64,000 bases of DNA from Candidatus Omnitrophota bacterium (GTDB taxonomy: Bacteria; Omnitrophota; Omnitrophia; Omnitrophales; Aquincolibacteriaceae): contig JAZDJU010000040.1 in NCBI GenBank assembly GCA_043803685.1, positions 1-64,000 on the forward strand, given 5' to 3'. Below, in pieces: positions 20,290 to 29,532 of the stretch. The notes beneath the pieces are model-generated. The model saw nothing but the letters and a program-made list of their open reading frames with translations, had not been told where the DNA came from and did not search any database. Made by a program: the position numbers and the translations under genes. Every line of letters starts with the position of its first letter. Position 1 is the stretch's first letter.

Positions 20290-20781
20290 CTAGGCGACAG
20301 GGGCCTTCATGTCCGCGAGCATCGCCTCAAGGTCTTCTTCGTGCTCGACCTCGTCTTCCAGGATCTCAAGGATGATCTTTTCGGTGATCGGGTCCTTGCC
20401 TTTGACGAAATCAAAAAGCTTTTTGTAGGTCATGATCGCGCACTGCTCGCCCTTGATGTTCTGCGCCAGAAGTTTCTTGGTGCAAGGGTCCGAGGGGGCG
20501 TCATAGCCGCAGTTCGTTTCCTTGAGAAGCGCTTCCGGACTGAGCAGGGGAGTCCCGCCGAGCTGGATCATGCGTTCAACGAGCATGCCCGCGTGCTTGA
20601 GCTCTTCTTCCGCGTGCTGTTCCAGTTCCTTGGCGACGATCCCGCGCATACGGCCCGAAGCCACTTTAGCGCCGACCCAGTACTGGTAGTAGGCAAGCCA
20701 TTCATCGGCGTAGGCCTTGTTCATCAGTTTTAATAGTTCCTCCACATTCACTCCCACGATCTCTTTGCCTTTGGTACCCAT
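20290..20781 (-). CDS. DPS-like (DPSL) ferritin-superfamily protein
   Basis: KAYADEWLAYYQYW, HAEEELKHA, GEQCAI, EDEVEHEED di-iron ligands. Confidence 0.9.
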   Translation of the reverse strand: MGTKGKEIVGVNVEELLKLMNKAYADEWLAYYQYWVGAKVASGRMRGIVAKELEQHAEEELKHAGMLVERMIQLGGTPLLSPEALLKETNCGYDAPSDPCTKKLLAQNIKGEQCAIMTYKKLFDFVKGKDPITEKIILEILEDEVEHEEDLEAMLADMKAPVA

Positions 20782-20934
20782 GGTCGATCCTCCTTTTAGC
20801 GGTTTCTCAAGGAACGAAAGCTCAGAGAGTCCCCATCCCTTGAGGTGTAGTTTACTGCAAAAGCTTTGATACAAAAGGTGAATTTTGTCCGCGGCGACTT
20901 CCGCAAGTTTTCTCTCTCACGTCCTGTCGGGCTT

Positions 20935-21279
20935 TCATTTTCCTTCGACCACTTCGGCGGCTTTTTCAACACAGCCGACGCAGGGGAGCTTTTTTAGGGC
21001 CTTGATCTCCCGGCATTTCAGGGAGCCTGCCGAGGCATGGAGCTGCTCGAGACTCTTTTGAGCGCGGTGGGGGAAGTGATGGTCCAGAATGCATTTGGCC
21101 GCGTAGAAAGCGCCGCAATAACCTTCTGGAGCCATGCCTCCGCCGCAGCCCGAAAGCAGCACGGTGGTTTTTTCCTCGAGCGGGAATTGCCCCCGGAACG
21201 TCTCCGAAACGGATTGGGCGCAGTTGAGTCTCCGCGGACCCTTCTTTCCTAAAAAGTAAGCTTTGGCCGTTTCTTTCAT
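20935..21279 (-). CDS. C-GCAxxG-C-C family redox protein
   Basis: NCAQSV, GGG...CGA, GSLKC, C..CV. Confidence 0.8.
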   Translation of the reverse strand: MKETAKAYFLGKKGPRRLNCAQSVSETFRGQFPLEEKTTVLLSGCGGGMAPEGYCGAFYAAKCILDHHFPHRAQKSLEQLHASAGSLKCREIKALKKLPCVGCVEKAAEVVEGK

Positions 21280-21281
21280 TT

Positions 21282-21647
21282 TTAATGGCACCCGTGTTGA
21301 GTGCAAGCGTTCTCGACCGTCAGTTCCTGAAGGCCGCCCCTTGAGAATTGCTGCAGGATATCCTCAACGGTTCCGGGAATAGCGCGGTAGACTTTGATCC
21401 CGCCTTCGTTCAGTTTCTGGACCGCTCGGGCTCCCATGCCTCCGGTGACGACCGCGTCGATCCCTTTTCCGACAAGCGCGCTCATGGGTTGGCACATGCC
21501 ATGGGAGTGGTGCTGGTTCGCGTTGTCGATGATCTCCGTCGTGTTCTTTTCAGTATCGCAAAGAGTGAAAAAGGGAGCGCTTCCGAAATGCTCATGGACT
21601 TGCGCGGATTTTCCGTCCTGGGTGGCCGTAGGGATGCAGATCTTCAT
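21282..21647 (-). CDS. NifB/NifX (FeMo-cofactor-binding) family protein
   Basis: HFGSAPFF, HHSHGMC, GGMGARA, Cys/His tail. Confidence 0.85.
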   Translation of the reverse strand: MKICIPTATQDGKSAQVHEHFGSAPFFTLCDTEKNTTEIIDNANQHHSHGMCQPMSALVGKGIDAVVTGGMGARAVQKLNEGGIKVYRAIPGTVEDILQQFSRGGLQELTVENACTQHGCH

Positions 21648-22264
21648 GGATTCCTCCTTTGCGCCACAAAAACTCGGTGGCATGGGTGACGATAGCTTTG
21701 GACGTTAAAGTGATGTGCGAGAAGATGTTTTTTTAGCTTTTTAAAGGGGATCTTGGGTGTTTCGTGTTTCTTTCCTTCCTTTTTGTGAACGATATCCATG
21801 ATCCTCATGCCGTTCTTGTTCAGGTCCGCGATCGTGAGCGTCTTTCGTGTCACGCGTATCATTTCTTTCAAGCATCGGATCGGATCTTTGGCGTGGTGGA
21901 AAAAATCCATCGAGATCACATGGTCAAAGCTTCTGGCGCCAAAACGAAGTTTTTCTGCATTCATCTTTTTAAGTGAAACTCGCTCGGTAAGTTTTAGCGC
22001 GGTTAAATGGGCTTTTGCTGTTTTGAGAGCCGCTCTGTCAAGATCGACGGAGATGATCTCAAGGTCTTTTTGGGCCAGCAGGGCGGTGAGGTGTCCCTTG
22101 CCTGTTCCGATCTCGAGGACTCTTCCGCGATGGATCCCTGACATCTTCCAAACGAAACGGCGTGAGGCGGGGAGGTCGTAGCCGTATTGTTTGAATTGGC
22201 GGATTTTTTTTCTGAGTATGGATAATACCGGGTTTGCTCTGGATCTCCGATCTGTTTTAATCAT
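21644..22264 (-). CDS. class I SAM-dependent methyltransferase
   Basis: VLEIGTGKG motif I, SFDHV, HH..DP...LKEM.RV. Confidence 0.88.
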   Translation of the reverse strand: MIKTDRRSRANPVLSILRKKIRQFKQYGYDLPASRRFVWKMSGIHRGRVLEIGTGKGHLTALLAQKDLEIISVDLDRAALKTAKAHLTALKLTERVSLKKMNAEKLRFGARSFDHVISMDFFHHAKDPIRCLKEMIRVTRKTLTIADLNKNGMRIMDIVHKKEGKKHETPKIPFKKLKKHLLAHHFNVQSYRHPCHRVFVAQRRNP

Positions 22265-22563
22265 ATTTTCGCTTTCCTGCTGGCCGTATCGACCGCGATC
22301 TTGAGGGCTTTGCTGTTGACGAGCGCGTCGGCGATCTTCTTGTGAGCGGCGGCGATGATGTTGCCGAACGTCTGGCGGGAAATAGCCATTTTTTTGGCGG
22401 CGTCTTCCTGATAAAGGCCTTCCAGGTCCGCGAGGCGGATCGCTTCAAATTCGCAGAGCGTTAGGCCCGTCTCCTGCAATTCGGAAAGCGGAATGCCTCT
22501 GGGCTTAAAGTAATCCGTTCCGGGCGTTCCGCAGACGTGCCGGCACTTAACAGGTCTTGGCAT
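22261..22563 (-). CDS. DUF134 (UPF0251) HTH DNA-binding protein
   Basis: MPRPVKCR, FKPRG, EFEAIRLAD.EGL.QE.AA..M.ISRQT. Confidence 0.92.
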   Translation of the reverse strand: MPRPVKCRHVCGTPGTDYFKPRGIPLSELQETGLTLCEFEAIRLADLEGLYQEDAAKKMAISRQTFGNIIAAAHKKIADALVNSKALKIAVDTASRKAKI

Positions 22564-22578
22564 GGAGGGCTCCGAGAG

Positions 22579-22623
22579 TTATTAGCATATGCCAATAATA
22601 GCCTCGAGGTTTGTTTTTGTCAA
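22579..22623 (-). promoter_or_regulatory. sigma70 promoter with 20-bp palindromic operator (DUF134 operon 1)
   Basis: minus strand TTGACA-17-TATTAT; operator TTATTGGCATATGCTAATAA overlaps -10. Confidence 0.75.
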
Positions 22624-22628
22624 GAACG

Positions 22629-22684
22629 TTGACACCCGCCGGCCTTTCGGCTACACTCCGCTTATTCAGACTTAGTCTTAATAA
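22629..22684 (+). promoter_or_regulatory. fur-feo promoter and candidate Fur-family operator
   Basis: TTGACA-17-TACACT, then 23-bp imperfect IR TTATTCAGACTTAGTCTTAATAA (22662-22684). Confidence 0.65.
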
Positions 22685-22692
22685 GGAGTTGG

Positions 22693-23121
22693 ATGACCCA
22701 GCATAAAAAAGTCTTCTCCCAGTTCGTCCGGACCAAGGGGCTGCGTCTCACCGAAGAGCGTCTCAAGCTTTTTGAGGGCGCCGGCCGCCAGCCCGGACAC
22801 TTCAATGTGGACGACCTGGTCCGTCGCCTCCGCCGGGGAGGTTTGAAGGTCTCCCGCGATACGGTCTATCGGAACATTCCGATCCTGCTTGAGGCGGGCG
22901 TGATTGAACAGAGTTTCAAGACGAGCCGGGACACTTTTTACGAATCCGCGAGAAAAAAGAAGCACCATGACCATCTTTTTTGCCGGAGCTGCAACAAGGT
23001 CGTGGAATTCAGCGACCCGATCATCGAGAAACTCCAGAAGAAGATCGCGGACCGTTTCGCCTTCAAGGTCGAGTTTCACTGTCATCAGCTTATGGGGCTT
23101 TGTAAAAAATGCCGGAAATGA
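22693..23121 (+). CDS. fur: Fur family transcriptional regulator
   Basis: GLRLTEER, SRDTVYRN, HHDHLFCRSC, C..C C-terminus. Confidence 0.92.
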   Translation: MTQHKKVFSQFVRTKGLRLTEERLKLFEGAGRQPGHFNVDDLVRRLRRGGLKVSRDTVYRNIPILLEAGVIEQSFKTSRDTFYESARKKKHHDHLFCRSCNKVVEFSDPIIEKLQKKIADRFAFKVEFHCHQLMGLCKKCRK

Positions 23122-23417
23122 ACGTCGTTACGTTAGATCGTCTTCTTCCCGGGGAAGCCGGGACCATTCAGGGATATGCCGGGGTCGAGGATCTGCATCA
23201 CAGGCTTAAGGAGCTCGGGCTGGTCGCGGGAACGCGGGTGAGGGTGAGACGTTGCGCCCCTCTTGGAGATCCGATGGAGCTTTCGATCCGAGGCTATCAT
23301 CTGTCCATCCGGAAGCAGGATGCACGGGGCATTCTTATAAGGAAGGATGAGGGATCCTCTTGCGTTCCCGGAGCGTGCGGCGGTCATGGAAGACACCGTC
23401 ATCGGGGTGGTCAATGA
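23118..23417 (+). CDS. feoA: ferrous iron transport protein A
   Basis: RLKELGLVAGT, APLGDPM..IRGYHLSIR; Cys/His tail. Confidence 0.93.
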   Translation: MNVVTLDRLLPGEAGTIQGYAGVEDLHHRLKELGLVAGTRVRVRRCAPLGDPMELSIRGYHLSIRKQDARGILIRKDEGSSCVPGACGGHGRHRHRGGQ

Positions 23418-25396
23418 AAGAGCGGGAGGTCCGGGAGATCGCGTTGGTTGGAAATCCTAACACCGGAAAGACCACGATCTTCAACATGCTGACCGGGCTT
23501 CGCCACACGACCGCGAATTACCCGGGAGTGACCGTTGAAAGACGCGCCGGGAGCATGAAGCTTGCGGACGGCGGGGAAGTCTCGGTGATCGATCTTCCGG
23601 GGGCTTACAGTCTTCTCCCCAGGTCGCCGGACGAACAAGTGGTTCACGATGTGCTTCTCGGAACACAAAAAGGAACGCCGCCTCCCGATCTTGTGCTGGT
23701 CGTTCTTGCCGCGAATAACCTGGAACGGAACCTTTATCTGGCCACTCAGGCGATCGAGTTGGGGCTCAGGACGGTTTTTGTCGTCAACATGTGGGACGTT
23801 GCTCGCGAGACCGGGATCGTGATCGATCTCGATAAGCTCGAGGCGATGACCGGTGTCCGCTGTGTTCCCGCAGCCGGGACGCACGGCGCCTATATCAAAA
23901 AAGTGAAGCAGGTCATTAGCGAGGAGCTCGGGAAAAGTTCCACGCGCCCTTGTACGTTCGATCCGGCGGTGCCGCCGGAGGTTCGCTACAAGGCGATCGA
24001 GAATATCGTGCAGGGCTCTGTCCGGCGGATAGAAAAAAGGGCGCTCAGCGTTTCTGAAACGCTGGACGGAGTGTTGACCCATCGTGTCTGGGGCCTGCTC
24101 GCATTCGTGGGGGTCATGGCGTTCGTGTTCCAGTCCATTTTCAGCTGGGCGCAGGTTCCCATGGGATGGATCTCGCACGGGATCGAGTCCTTGTCTGTTT
24201 TCGCGAAAGCGGCGCTGCCTGACGGCGCGCTCGAAAGCCTCGTGGTGGATGGAGTGATCGCCGGCGTCGGCAACGTGCTCGTGTTCCTGCCGCAGATCAT
24301 GCTTCTTTTCTTTTTTATCGCGTTCTTCGAGGACACGGGCTATATGGCGCGCGCGGTGTTCGTGCTGGACCGGGTCATGAAAACCGTAGGACTGAACGGG
24401 AAGGCGTTCCTGCCGCTTCTCAGTTCCTTCGCATGTACGGTCCCCGGGGTGCTCGCGACGCGCACGATCGAGGACCGGAACGACCGGCTCGCGACGATCC
24501 TTGTGGCGCCTCTTATGAGTTGCAGCGCGCGCCTTCCGATCTACACGCTGCTCGCGGCCGCCTTTATTCCCCCAACATTTCTTTTCGGGATCTTTTCCAT
24601 GCAGGGGTTGACGCTTCTGGTCATGTATCTTCTCAGCATCGGGGCAGGGCTTGGCATGGCGGCGATCTTCCGGAAAACATTTCTCAAGGGGAACCGGATG
24701 CCGTTCGTTTTCGAGCTTCCGCCTTACCGGATGCCGCATTGGAGGAATGTTCTTTCGGCCATGTGGGACCGGTCGAAGGAGTTTCTGGTCCGTGCGGGAA
24801 GTATTATCTTCCTGCTTTCGATCGTGCTCTGGTTCTGTGTGAATTATCCCAAGGACCCTGCGGCGGAGATCCGTTTCAAGGAAGCAAGAGGAGTGGCGAG
24901 CGTGACGATGAGTGGCGAGACTCTCAGGGGACGCCTTGAGGTGATCGAACAGGACCAAAAAGATCTTCAGCTCCGTTCGAGTTTTGCCGGCGTTCTCGGA
25001 AGAACGATCGAGCCCGTGATCCGACCTTTGGGATTTAACTGGGAGATCGGCATCGGGATCGTGGCTTCCTTCGCGGCGCGCGAACTTCTGATCAGCACGC
25101 TTGCGATCGTTCATCACGTGAAAAGCGAAGGGACGGGCATGACCGAGGGTCTGATCAAGGCCCTGCAGTCCGTGAAGGCTCCCGATACCGGAAAACCGAT
25201 CTATACGCCGCTGGGCGCTGTCGCGCTCATGGTTTTTTATGTGTTCGCGTGCCAGTGCTTCTCGACCTTCGCGATCGTGAAGCGCGAGACTGGGTCCTGG
25301 GGTTGGATGTTCTTTATGATCGCTTACATGACCGGCCTCGCGTGGGCGGCTTCTTTTGCGGTCTATCAGGGCGGGCGGCTTTTGGGGTTTGAATAA
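23414..25396 (+). CDS. feoB: ferrous iron transport protein B
   Basis: GNPNTGKTT, NYPGVTVE, DLPG, EDTGYMAR, MSCSARLP. Confidence 0.96.
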   Translation: MKEREVREIALVGNPNTGKTTIFNMLTGLRHTTANYPGVTVERRAGSMKLADGGEVSVIDLPGAYSLLPRSPDEQVVHDVLLGTQKGTPPPDLVLVVLAANNLERNLYLATQAIELGLRTVFVVNMWDVARETGIVIDLDKLEAMTGVRCVPAAGTHGAYIKKVKQVISEELGKSSTRPCTFDPAVPPEVRYKAIENIVQGSVRRIEKRALSVSETLDGVLTHRVWGLLAFVGVMAFVFQSIFSWAQVPMGWISHGIESLSVFAKAALPDGALESLVVDGVIAGVGNVLVFLPQIMLLFFFIAFFEDTGYMARAVFVLDRVMKTVGLNGKAFLPLLSSFACTVPGVLATRTIEDRNDRLATILVAPLMSCSARLPIYTLLAAAFIPPTFLFGIFSMQGLTLLVMYLLSIGAGLGMAAIFRKTFLKGNRMPFVFELPPYRMPHWRNVLSAMWDRSKEFLVRAGSIIFLLSIVLWFCVNYPKDPAAEIRFKEARGVASVTMSGETLRGRLEVIEQDQKDLQLRSSFAGVLGRTIEPVIRPLGFNWEIGIGIVASFAARELLISTLAIVHHVKSEGTGMTEGLIKALQSVKAPDTGKPIYTPLGAVALMVFYVFACQCFSTFAIVKRETGSWGWMFFMIAYMTGLAWAASFAVYQGGRLLGFE

Positions 25397-25490
25397 AAAA
25401 TAGATCCACGAGCCAAGGTCCACGAACCACGAAGGAGCGGGTTGCGTGGATCGTGGCGCGTGGCACAGGGTGCGTGGCACGGGAGATCTT

Positions 25491-25658
25491 ATGGACACAA
25501 ATGAAATGATCGCATTAAGCATCGTGGCACTGGCCGCCTTTCTTGCCTTGCGTCATTTTTTTGGGAAAAAAGGCGGCGGGTGCTGCGGTTCCGATTGCCT
25601 CCCGAAGTTTGAAAAGAAAGATAAAGTCGAAAAAACCGGGATGGGAGAAAAGAAATGA
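25491..25658 (+). CDS. FeoB-associated Cys-rich small membrane protein
   Basis: TM then KKGGGCCGSDC, directly after feoB. Confidence 0.7.
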   Translation: MDTNEMIALSIVALAAFLALRHFFGKKGGGCCGSDCLPKFEKKDKVEKTGMGEKK

Positions 25659-26584
25659 TTTTCAGAAATATTTTGATGGCGCTCGTTCTTTTGGCATGTT
25701 GGGGGGCACTACCCACCTCGGCTGATGCAACGCACGTTGCGGACAACCTGGCTATCGAGGAACATTCCAAGGTAGTGACAGGCGATGCGACGCCCAATGA
25801 TCCCGGGCAAGTGGAGATCTGGGGCTCTTATGTTGTCCAGGGAGGAAAATTCGCCTGGCGGTCCGATGGGGAACGGCAGAAGAGAGGCTCTTATCTCGCC
25901 CAGAGCTTTCAAACCCAGGTTACTGTGGGGGTGATCAAGGACGTTGACGTGGGGATCATCAACGGGTTCCAGCACACGCTTGATAAGGAAAATAATTACG
26001 ATGAATTCAGGGACATGCTGGACCCGGACACGGGGGAGGCGATCGAGGACGGGACGGTGGGACCTACGCACGGCTTTGGATTCAGGGATCTTGGGGTTGC
26101 GGGGCGGTGGCGTTTCTACGATTCGGCGGAAAAGAAGCTTGAGATCTCCTACACGTCCACGATCTTTGTGCCGACCGGACGGCGCAGCAATTTTGACCAC
26201 CTCGGCGCCAGTCAGGGGTATACCAGCCTGGACAATTCTTTCGCGTTCACCAAAGACCTCGGGCGCTGGAATGGGACCGTGAACGTGGGGCATAACACAC
26301 CGCTCGCGCACTGGGAACGTACGAATTATTATTACGGGACGACCCACGCGAATTTCGCGGTCGGATACCAGGTTTTCTGGTGGCTGCAGCCTGAAGCCGA
26401 GTTGGTGTATCTTCATGATTTTGGCGGTCACGGACAGACCGGAAATCTTGCGAGTGTTGTTCTGGGGTTGATCATGCCTTTGGGCGACCACTTGCGTCTG
26501 GAGATGGGCGCTCAACAAGATATTTTCGGAAGCAACAAGGTGCAGACGACCTCCGGCATTTTTAGCGTCGCCTTCCTGACCTGA
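25655..26584 (+). CDS. secreted outer-membrane beta-barrel-like protein (MetA-pathway/transporter-like)
   Basis: signal peptide, TGDA.P.DPG..E, GF.D....GRWRF, PTG; alternating amphipathic strands. Confidence 0.6.
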   Translation: MIFRNILMALVLLACWGALPTSADATHVADNLAIEEHSKVVTGDATPNDPGQVEIWGSYVVQGGKFAWRSDGERQKRGSYLAQSFQTQVTVGVIKDVDVGIINGFQHTLDKENNYDEFRDMLDPDTGEAIEDGTVGPTHGFGFRDLGVAGRWRFYDSAEKKLEISYTSTIFVPTGRRSNFDHLGASQGYTSLDNSFAFTKDLGRWNGTVNVGHNTPLAHWERTNYYYGTTHANFAVGYQVFWWLQPEAELVYLHDFGGHGQTGNLASVVLGLIMPLGDHLRLEMGAQQDIFGSNKVQTTSGIFSVAFLT

Positions 26585-26607
26585 TCCGACTTTCCCCTAA
26601 AAAACAT

Positions 26608-26652
26608 TTGACGGAACCCCGGCGCGCGTCTATTATGCACATATGTGCATAA
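26608..26652 (+). promoter_or_regulatory. sigma70 promoter with perfect 20-bp palindromic operator (DUF134 operon 2)
   Basis: TTGACG-17-TATTAT; TTATGCACATATGTGCATAA at 26633-26652. Confidence 0.78.
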
Positions 26653-26664
26653 CTGAGATGGGCC

Positions 26665-26970
26665 ATGCGTCCTAAAAAAACAAGACATGTGGGTTGCAAG
26701 CCGGGGGACCGGTGTTTCCGTCCGCTTCACGTGCCGCGCAAGGATATCGTGGTCACGAAGATCACCCTCGATGAACTAGAGGCCCTGCGGCTTTGTGACG
26801 GGATGCGTCTCGAACAGAACGCCGCGGCCCGGAAAATGAAAGTCCACCGTTCGACCGTTTCCCGCATTCTCACCTCAGCCCGCAAGAAAATCGCTAATGC
26901 CCTCGTCCACCATCACGGCATTAAGATCGAGGGGGGCTGCTGCCAGCCCGCCCGGGGGAACATTCGATGA
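26665..26970 (+). CDS. DUF134 (UPF0251) HTH DNA-binding protein
   Basis: MRPKK.R, FRP, DELEALRLCD...EQ..AA.KM.VHRST. Confidence 0.9.
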   Translation: MRPKKTRHVGCKPGDRCFRPLHVPRKDIVVTKITLDELEALRLCDGMRLEQNAAARKMKVHRSTVSRILTSARKKIANALVHHHGIKIEGGCCQPARGNIR

Positions 26971-28139
26971 ATGAATGGAAAAAAATTCTTTATGTCTTAG
27001 CGGGATTTCTGGCGTGTTTTTATCTTCCGGTCGAAAACCTTCGCTTCACCAACGCGATCTTTGAGGCGCTCGCGCTGGTCAAATGGTATGCCCGCGAGCA
27101 TGTGATCCTTTGTCTTGTCCCCGCGTTTTTTATCGCCGGAGCCATTTCCGTATTTGTCAGTCAGGCGTCTGTCATGAAATATTTCGGAGCGAAAGCCAAT
27201 AAATTCCTTTCTTACAGCGTTGCTTCGGTTTCGGGGACGATCCTGGCCGTATGTTCCTGCACCGTTTTGCCGCTTTTTTCGGGGATCTATAAAAGAGGCT
27301 CCGGCCTCGGGCCCGCGATCGCCTTCCTTTATTCGGGGCCTGCCATCAATGTTCTCGCGATCATCCTGACGGCCCGCATCCTCGGGTGGGAACTTGGCCT
27401 TGCCCGAGCGATCGGAGCGGTAGTTTTTAGTGTGGTGATCGGGCTCCTGATGCATCTGATCTTCCTCAAAGAGGAACAAGCGCGCCATGCAGAAGGTAAT
27501 TTCAATGTGGGGGAAGTGAAAGAAACCCGGCCGTTAGGTAAAACGATCCTGTATTTTGGTTCGATGATCGCGTTCCTGGTTTTTGCGAACTGGGGCAAGC
27601 CTCTTGAGGGCGATCATGGTGTTTGGGCTCTGATCTATCAATATAAGTGGTGGATCTCCGGTCTGTCCTTGGCTTCGCTTGCGATCATGTTGATCTCATG
27701 GTTCAAAAAAGAAGAACTGAAGGAATGGACCTCTGCCTCATGGACTTTTGCGCTTCAGATCCTGCCGCTTCTTTTGGGCGGAGTGCTGATCTCCGGATTC
27801 CTGTTGGGCCGTGTAGGTCATGAAGGGATCATTCCTTCGAAGTACGTGGTGGCGCTAGTGGGCGGGAATTCCTTTTTTGCTAATTTCTTTTCGTCCATTG
27901 TCGCGGCCTTTATGTATTTTGCCACATTGACCGAAGTGCCGATCCTGCAGGGGCTGATGAATTCCGGGATGGGGAAAGGACCCGCGCTTGCGCTTCTTCT
28001 CGCCGGTCCCGCGCTCAGTCTTCCTAGCATGCTCGTGATACGAAGTGTGATCGGAACAAAAAAAACAGTGGTCTATGTAAGCCTCGTCGTAGTCATGGCC
28101 ACGATCAGCGGCATGATCTTTGGTGTGATCGCTCAATAG
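26967..28139 (+). CDS. arsP: DUF318 / ArsP-type permease
   Basis: AVCSCTVLPLF, AFLYSGPAIN, MYFATLTEVP, LLAGPALSLP. Confidence 0.85.
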   Translation: MNEWKKILYVLAGFLACFYLPVENLRFTNAIFEALALVKWYAREHVILCLVPAFFIAGAISVFVSQASVMKYFGAKANKFLSYSVASVSGTILAVCSCTVLPLFSGIYKRGSGLGPAIAFLYSGPAINVLAIILTARILGWELGLARAIGAVVFSVVIGLLMHLIFLKEEQARHAEGNFNVGEVKETRPLGKTILYFGSMIAFLVFANWGKPLEGDHGVWALIYQYKWWISGLSLASLAIMLISWFKKEELKEWTSASWTFALQILPLLLGGVLISGFLLGRVGHEGIIPSKYVVALVGGNSFFANFFSSIVAAFMYFATLTEVPILQGLMNSGMGKGPALALLLAGPALSLPSMLVIRSVIGTKKTVVYVSLVVVMATISGMIFGVIAQ

Positions 28140-28150
28140 GAGATTGGGAA

Positions 28151-28384
28151 ATGAAAATAGAGATTTTGGGAACGGGTTGTCCGAAATGCAAACAGCTCAC
28201 CGCGAATGTCGAAGCGGCGGTCAAAGAGCTGAATCTTCAGGCCGAGGTTGGCAAGGTCACGGATATCGACAAGATCACGGACTACGGAGTCATGATGACG
28301 CCCGCGCTGGTGGTTGACGGGATCGTGGTCTCCTCGGGAAAATTGCTCAACAAGGACGAGATCAAAAGGATCCTCGCGAAATAA
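28151..28384 (+). CDS. small redox-active thioredoxin (MTH895/TM0996 family)
   Basis: ILGTGCPKC, YGVMMTPALVVDG. Confidence 0.92.
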   Translation: MKIEILGTGCPKCKQLTANVEAAVKELNLQAEVGKVTDIDKITDYGVMMTPALVVDGIVVSSGKLLNKDEIKRILAK

Positions 28385-28396
28385 CAGGAGAGAGAA

Positions 28397-28837
28397 ATGA
28401 AAAAGAATTTTGGGATCTTTCTTTTACTGGCGGCTGTTGCGCTGGCAAGTAATTTATTTTTTGGTGGTTCTGCGACCTTGGCCGAGGAGGCTCCGGCGGG
28501 GGGCACGGTCACGGCGTATTATTTCCACGGGACCTTTCGCTGCCCTACTTGTCATAAATTGGAAGCGTATGCCAAAGAGGCCATAGAAAATAATTTCAGG
28601 AATGAGCTGGCTTCCGGAAAACTCTCGTTCAAGATCGTGAATATCGAGAACAAGGGGAACGAGCACTTCGTAAAGGACTACCAGCTCTACACAAAATCTG
28701 TGGTCCTTTCTCTCACAAGGGATGGCAAAGAGATCCGCTCTAAGAATCTCGATAAGATCTGGGAATATGTCCGGAATAAAGACCGTTACGAAAATTATGT
28801 TAGGGATGAAGTGGCCGCATTTCTGAAGGAGGCGTGA
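28397..28837 (+). CDS. arsF: ArsF-family periplasmic thioredoxin-like protein
   Basis: signal peptide, YYFHGTFRCPTC, KNL.KIW. Confidence 0.8.
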   Translation: MKKNFGIFLLLAAVALASNLFFGGSATLAEEAPAGGTVTAYYFHGTFRCPTCHKLEAYAKEAIENNFRNELASGKLSFKIVNIENKGNEHFVKDYQLYTKSVVLSLTRDGKEIRSKNLDKIWEYVRNKDRYENYVRDEVAAFLKEA

Positions 28838-29532
28838 TGGATCCTTTTTGGGTGGGCTGGTTTTCCGCGCTTTGGCTCGGCATTCTGACTTCAATCAGTC
28901 CGTGCCCGTTGGCTTCGAATATCGCGGCGGTTTCTTTCTTGTCGAAAAAGATCGCGCACCCGGCGGCTGTTTTTGTTTCAGGCCTCGCGTATACGTTTGG
29001 CAGAATGGCATCCTATGCTGCGGTGGGGTGGCTCATCATTCATTCTTTGGTGGGCATTCCGCAGATCTCCATGTTTCTCCAGAAATACATGGGGAAAGCG
29101 CTAGGGCCGATCTTGGTCGTGACAGGGTTGATCCTGCTCGAGGTCCTTGTGTTCCGGCTTCCCGGATTTTCTCTTTCCCAAAAGCATCACCATAAACTCG
29201 CCGAATCCGGGGCGCCGGGCGCTTTTCTTCTCGGTTTTATCTTCGCGCTCGCGTTCTGTCCCGTGTCCGCGGCGCTTTTCTTTGGAAGCCTCATTCCCCT
29301 GGCGCTGAATCATCCTTCGAGCACGCTCCTGCCATTCATCTACGGGATCGGTACCGGCTTGCCTGTGTTGGCGTTCGCTGTGGCAATAGCCCTTGGCGTA
29401 AAGTCGCTAAGCCATTGGTTCCACAAGCTGACGAAGATCGAACTTTATACGCGCAAGATCACAGGCGTCATCTTCATCGGCGCGGGCATTTACTACGTTT
29501 GGGCTTATTGGTTACAGGGAGGGAGCTCATGA
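28834..29532 (+). CDS. arsG: ArsG-family (CcdA-like) permease
   Basis: [33 protein letters not shown]. Confidence 0.82.
   Translation: MMDPFWVGWFSALWLGILTSISPCPLASNIAAVSFLSKKIAHPAAVFVSGLAYTFGRMASYAAVGWLIIHSLVGIPQISMFLQKYMGKALGPILVVTGLILLEVLVFRLPGFSLSQKHHHKLAESGAPGAFLLGFIFALAFCPVSAALFFGSLIPLALNHPSSTLLPFIYGIGTGLPVLAFAVAIALGVKSLSHWFHKLTKIELYTRKITGVIFIGAGIYYVWAYWLQGGSS

Noticed and set aside
23411..25522. 703-aa minus-strand ORF
   Set aside because: Antisense shadow of feoB.
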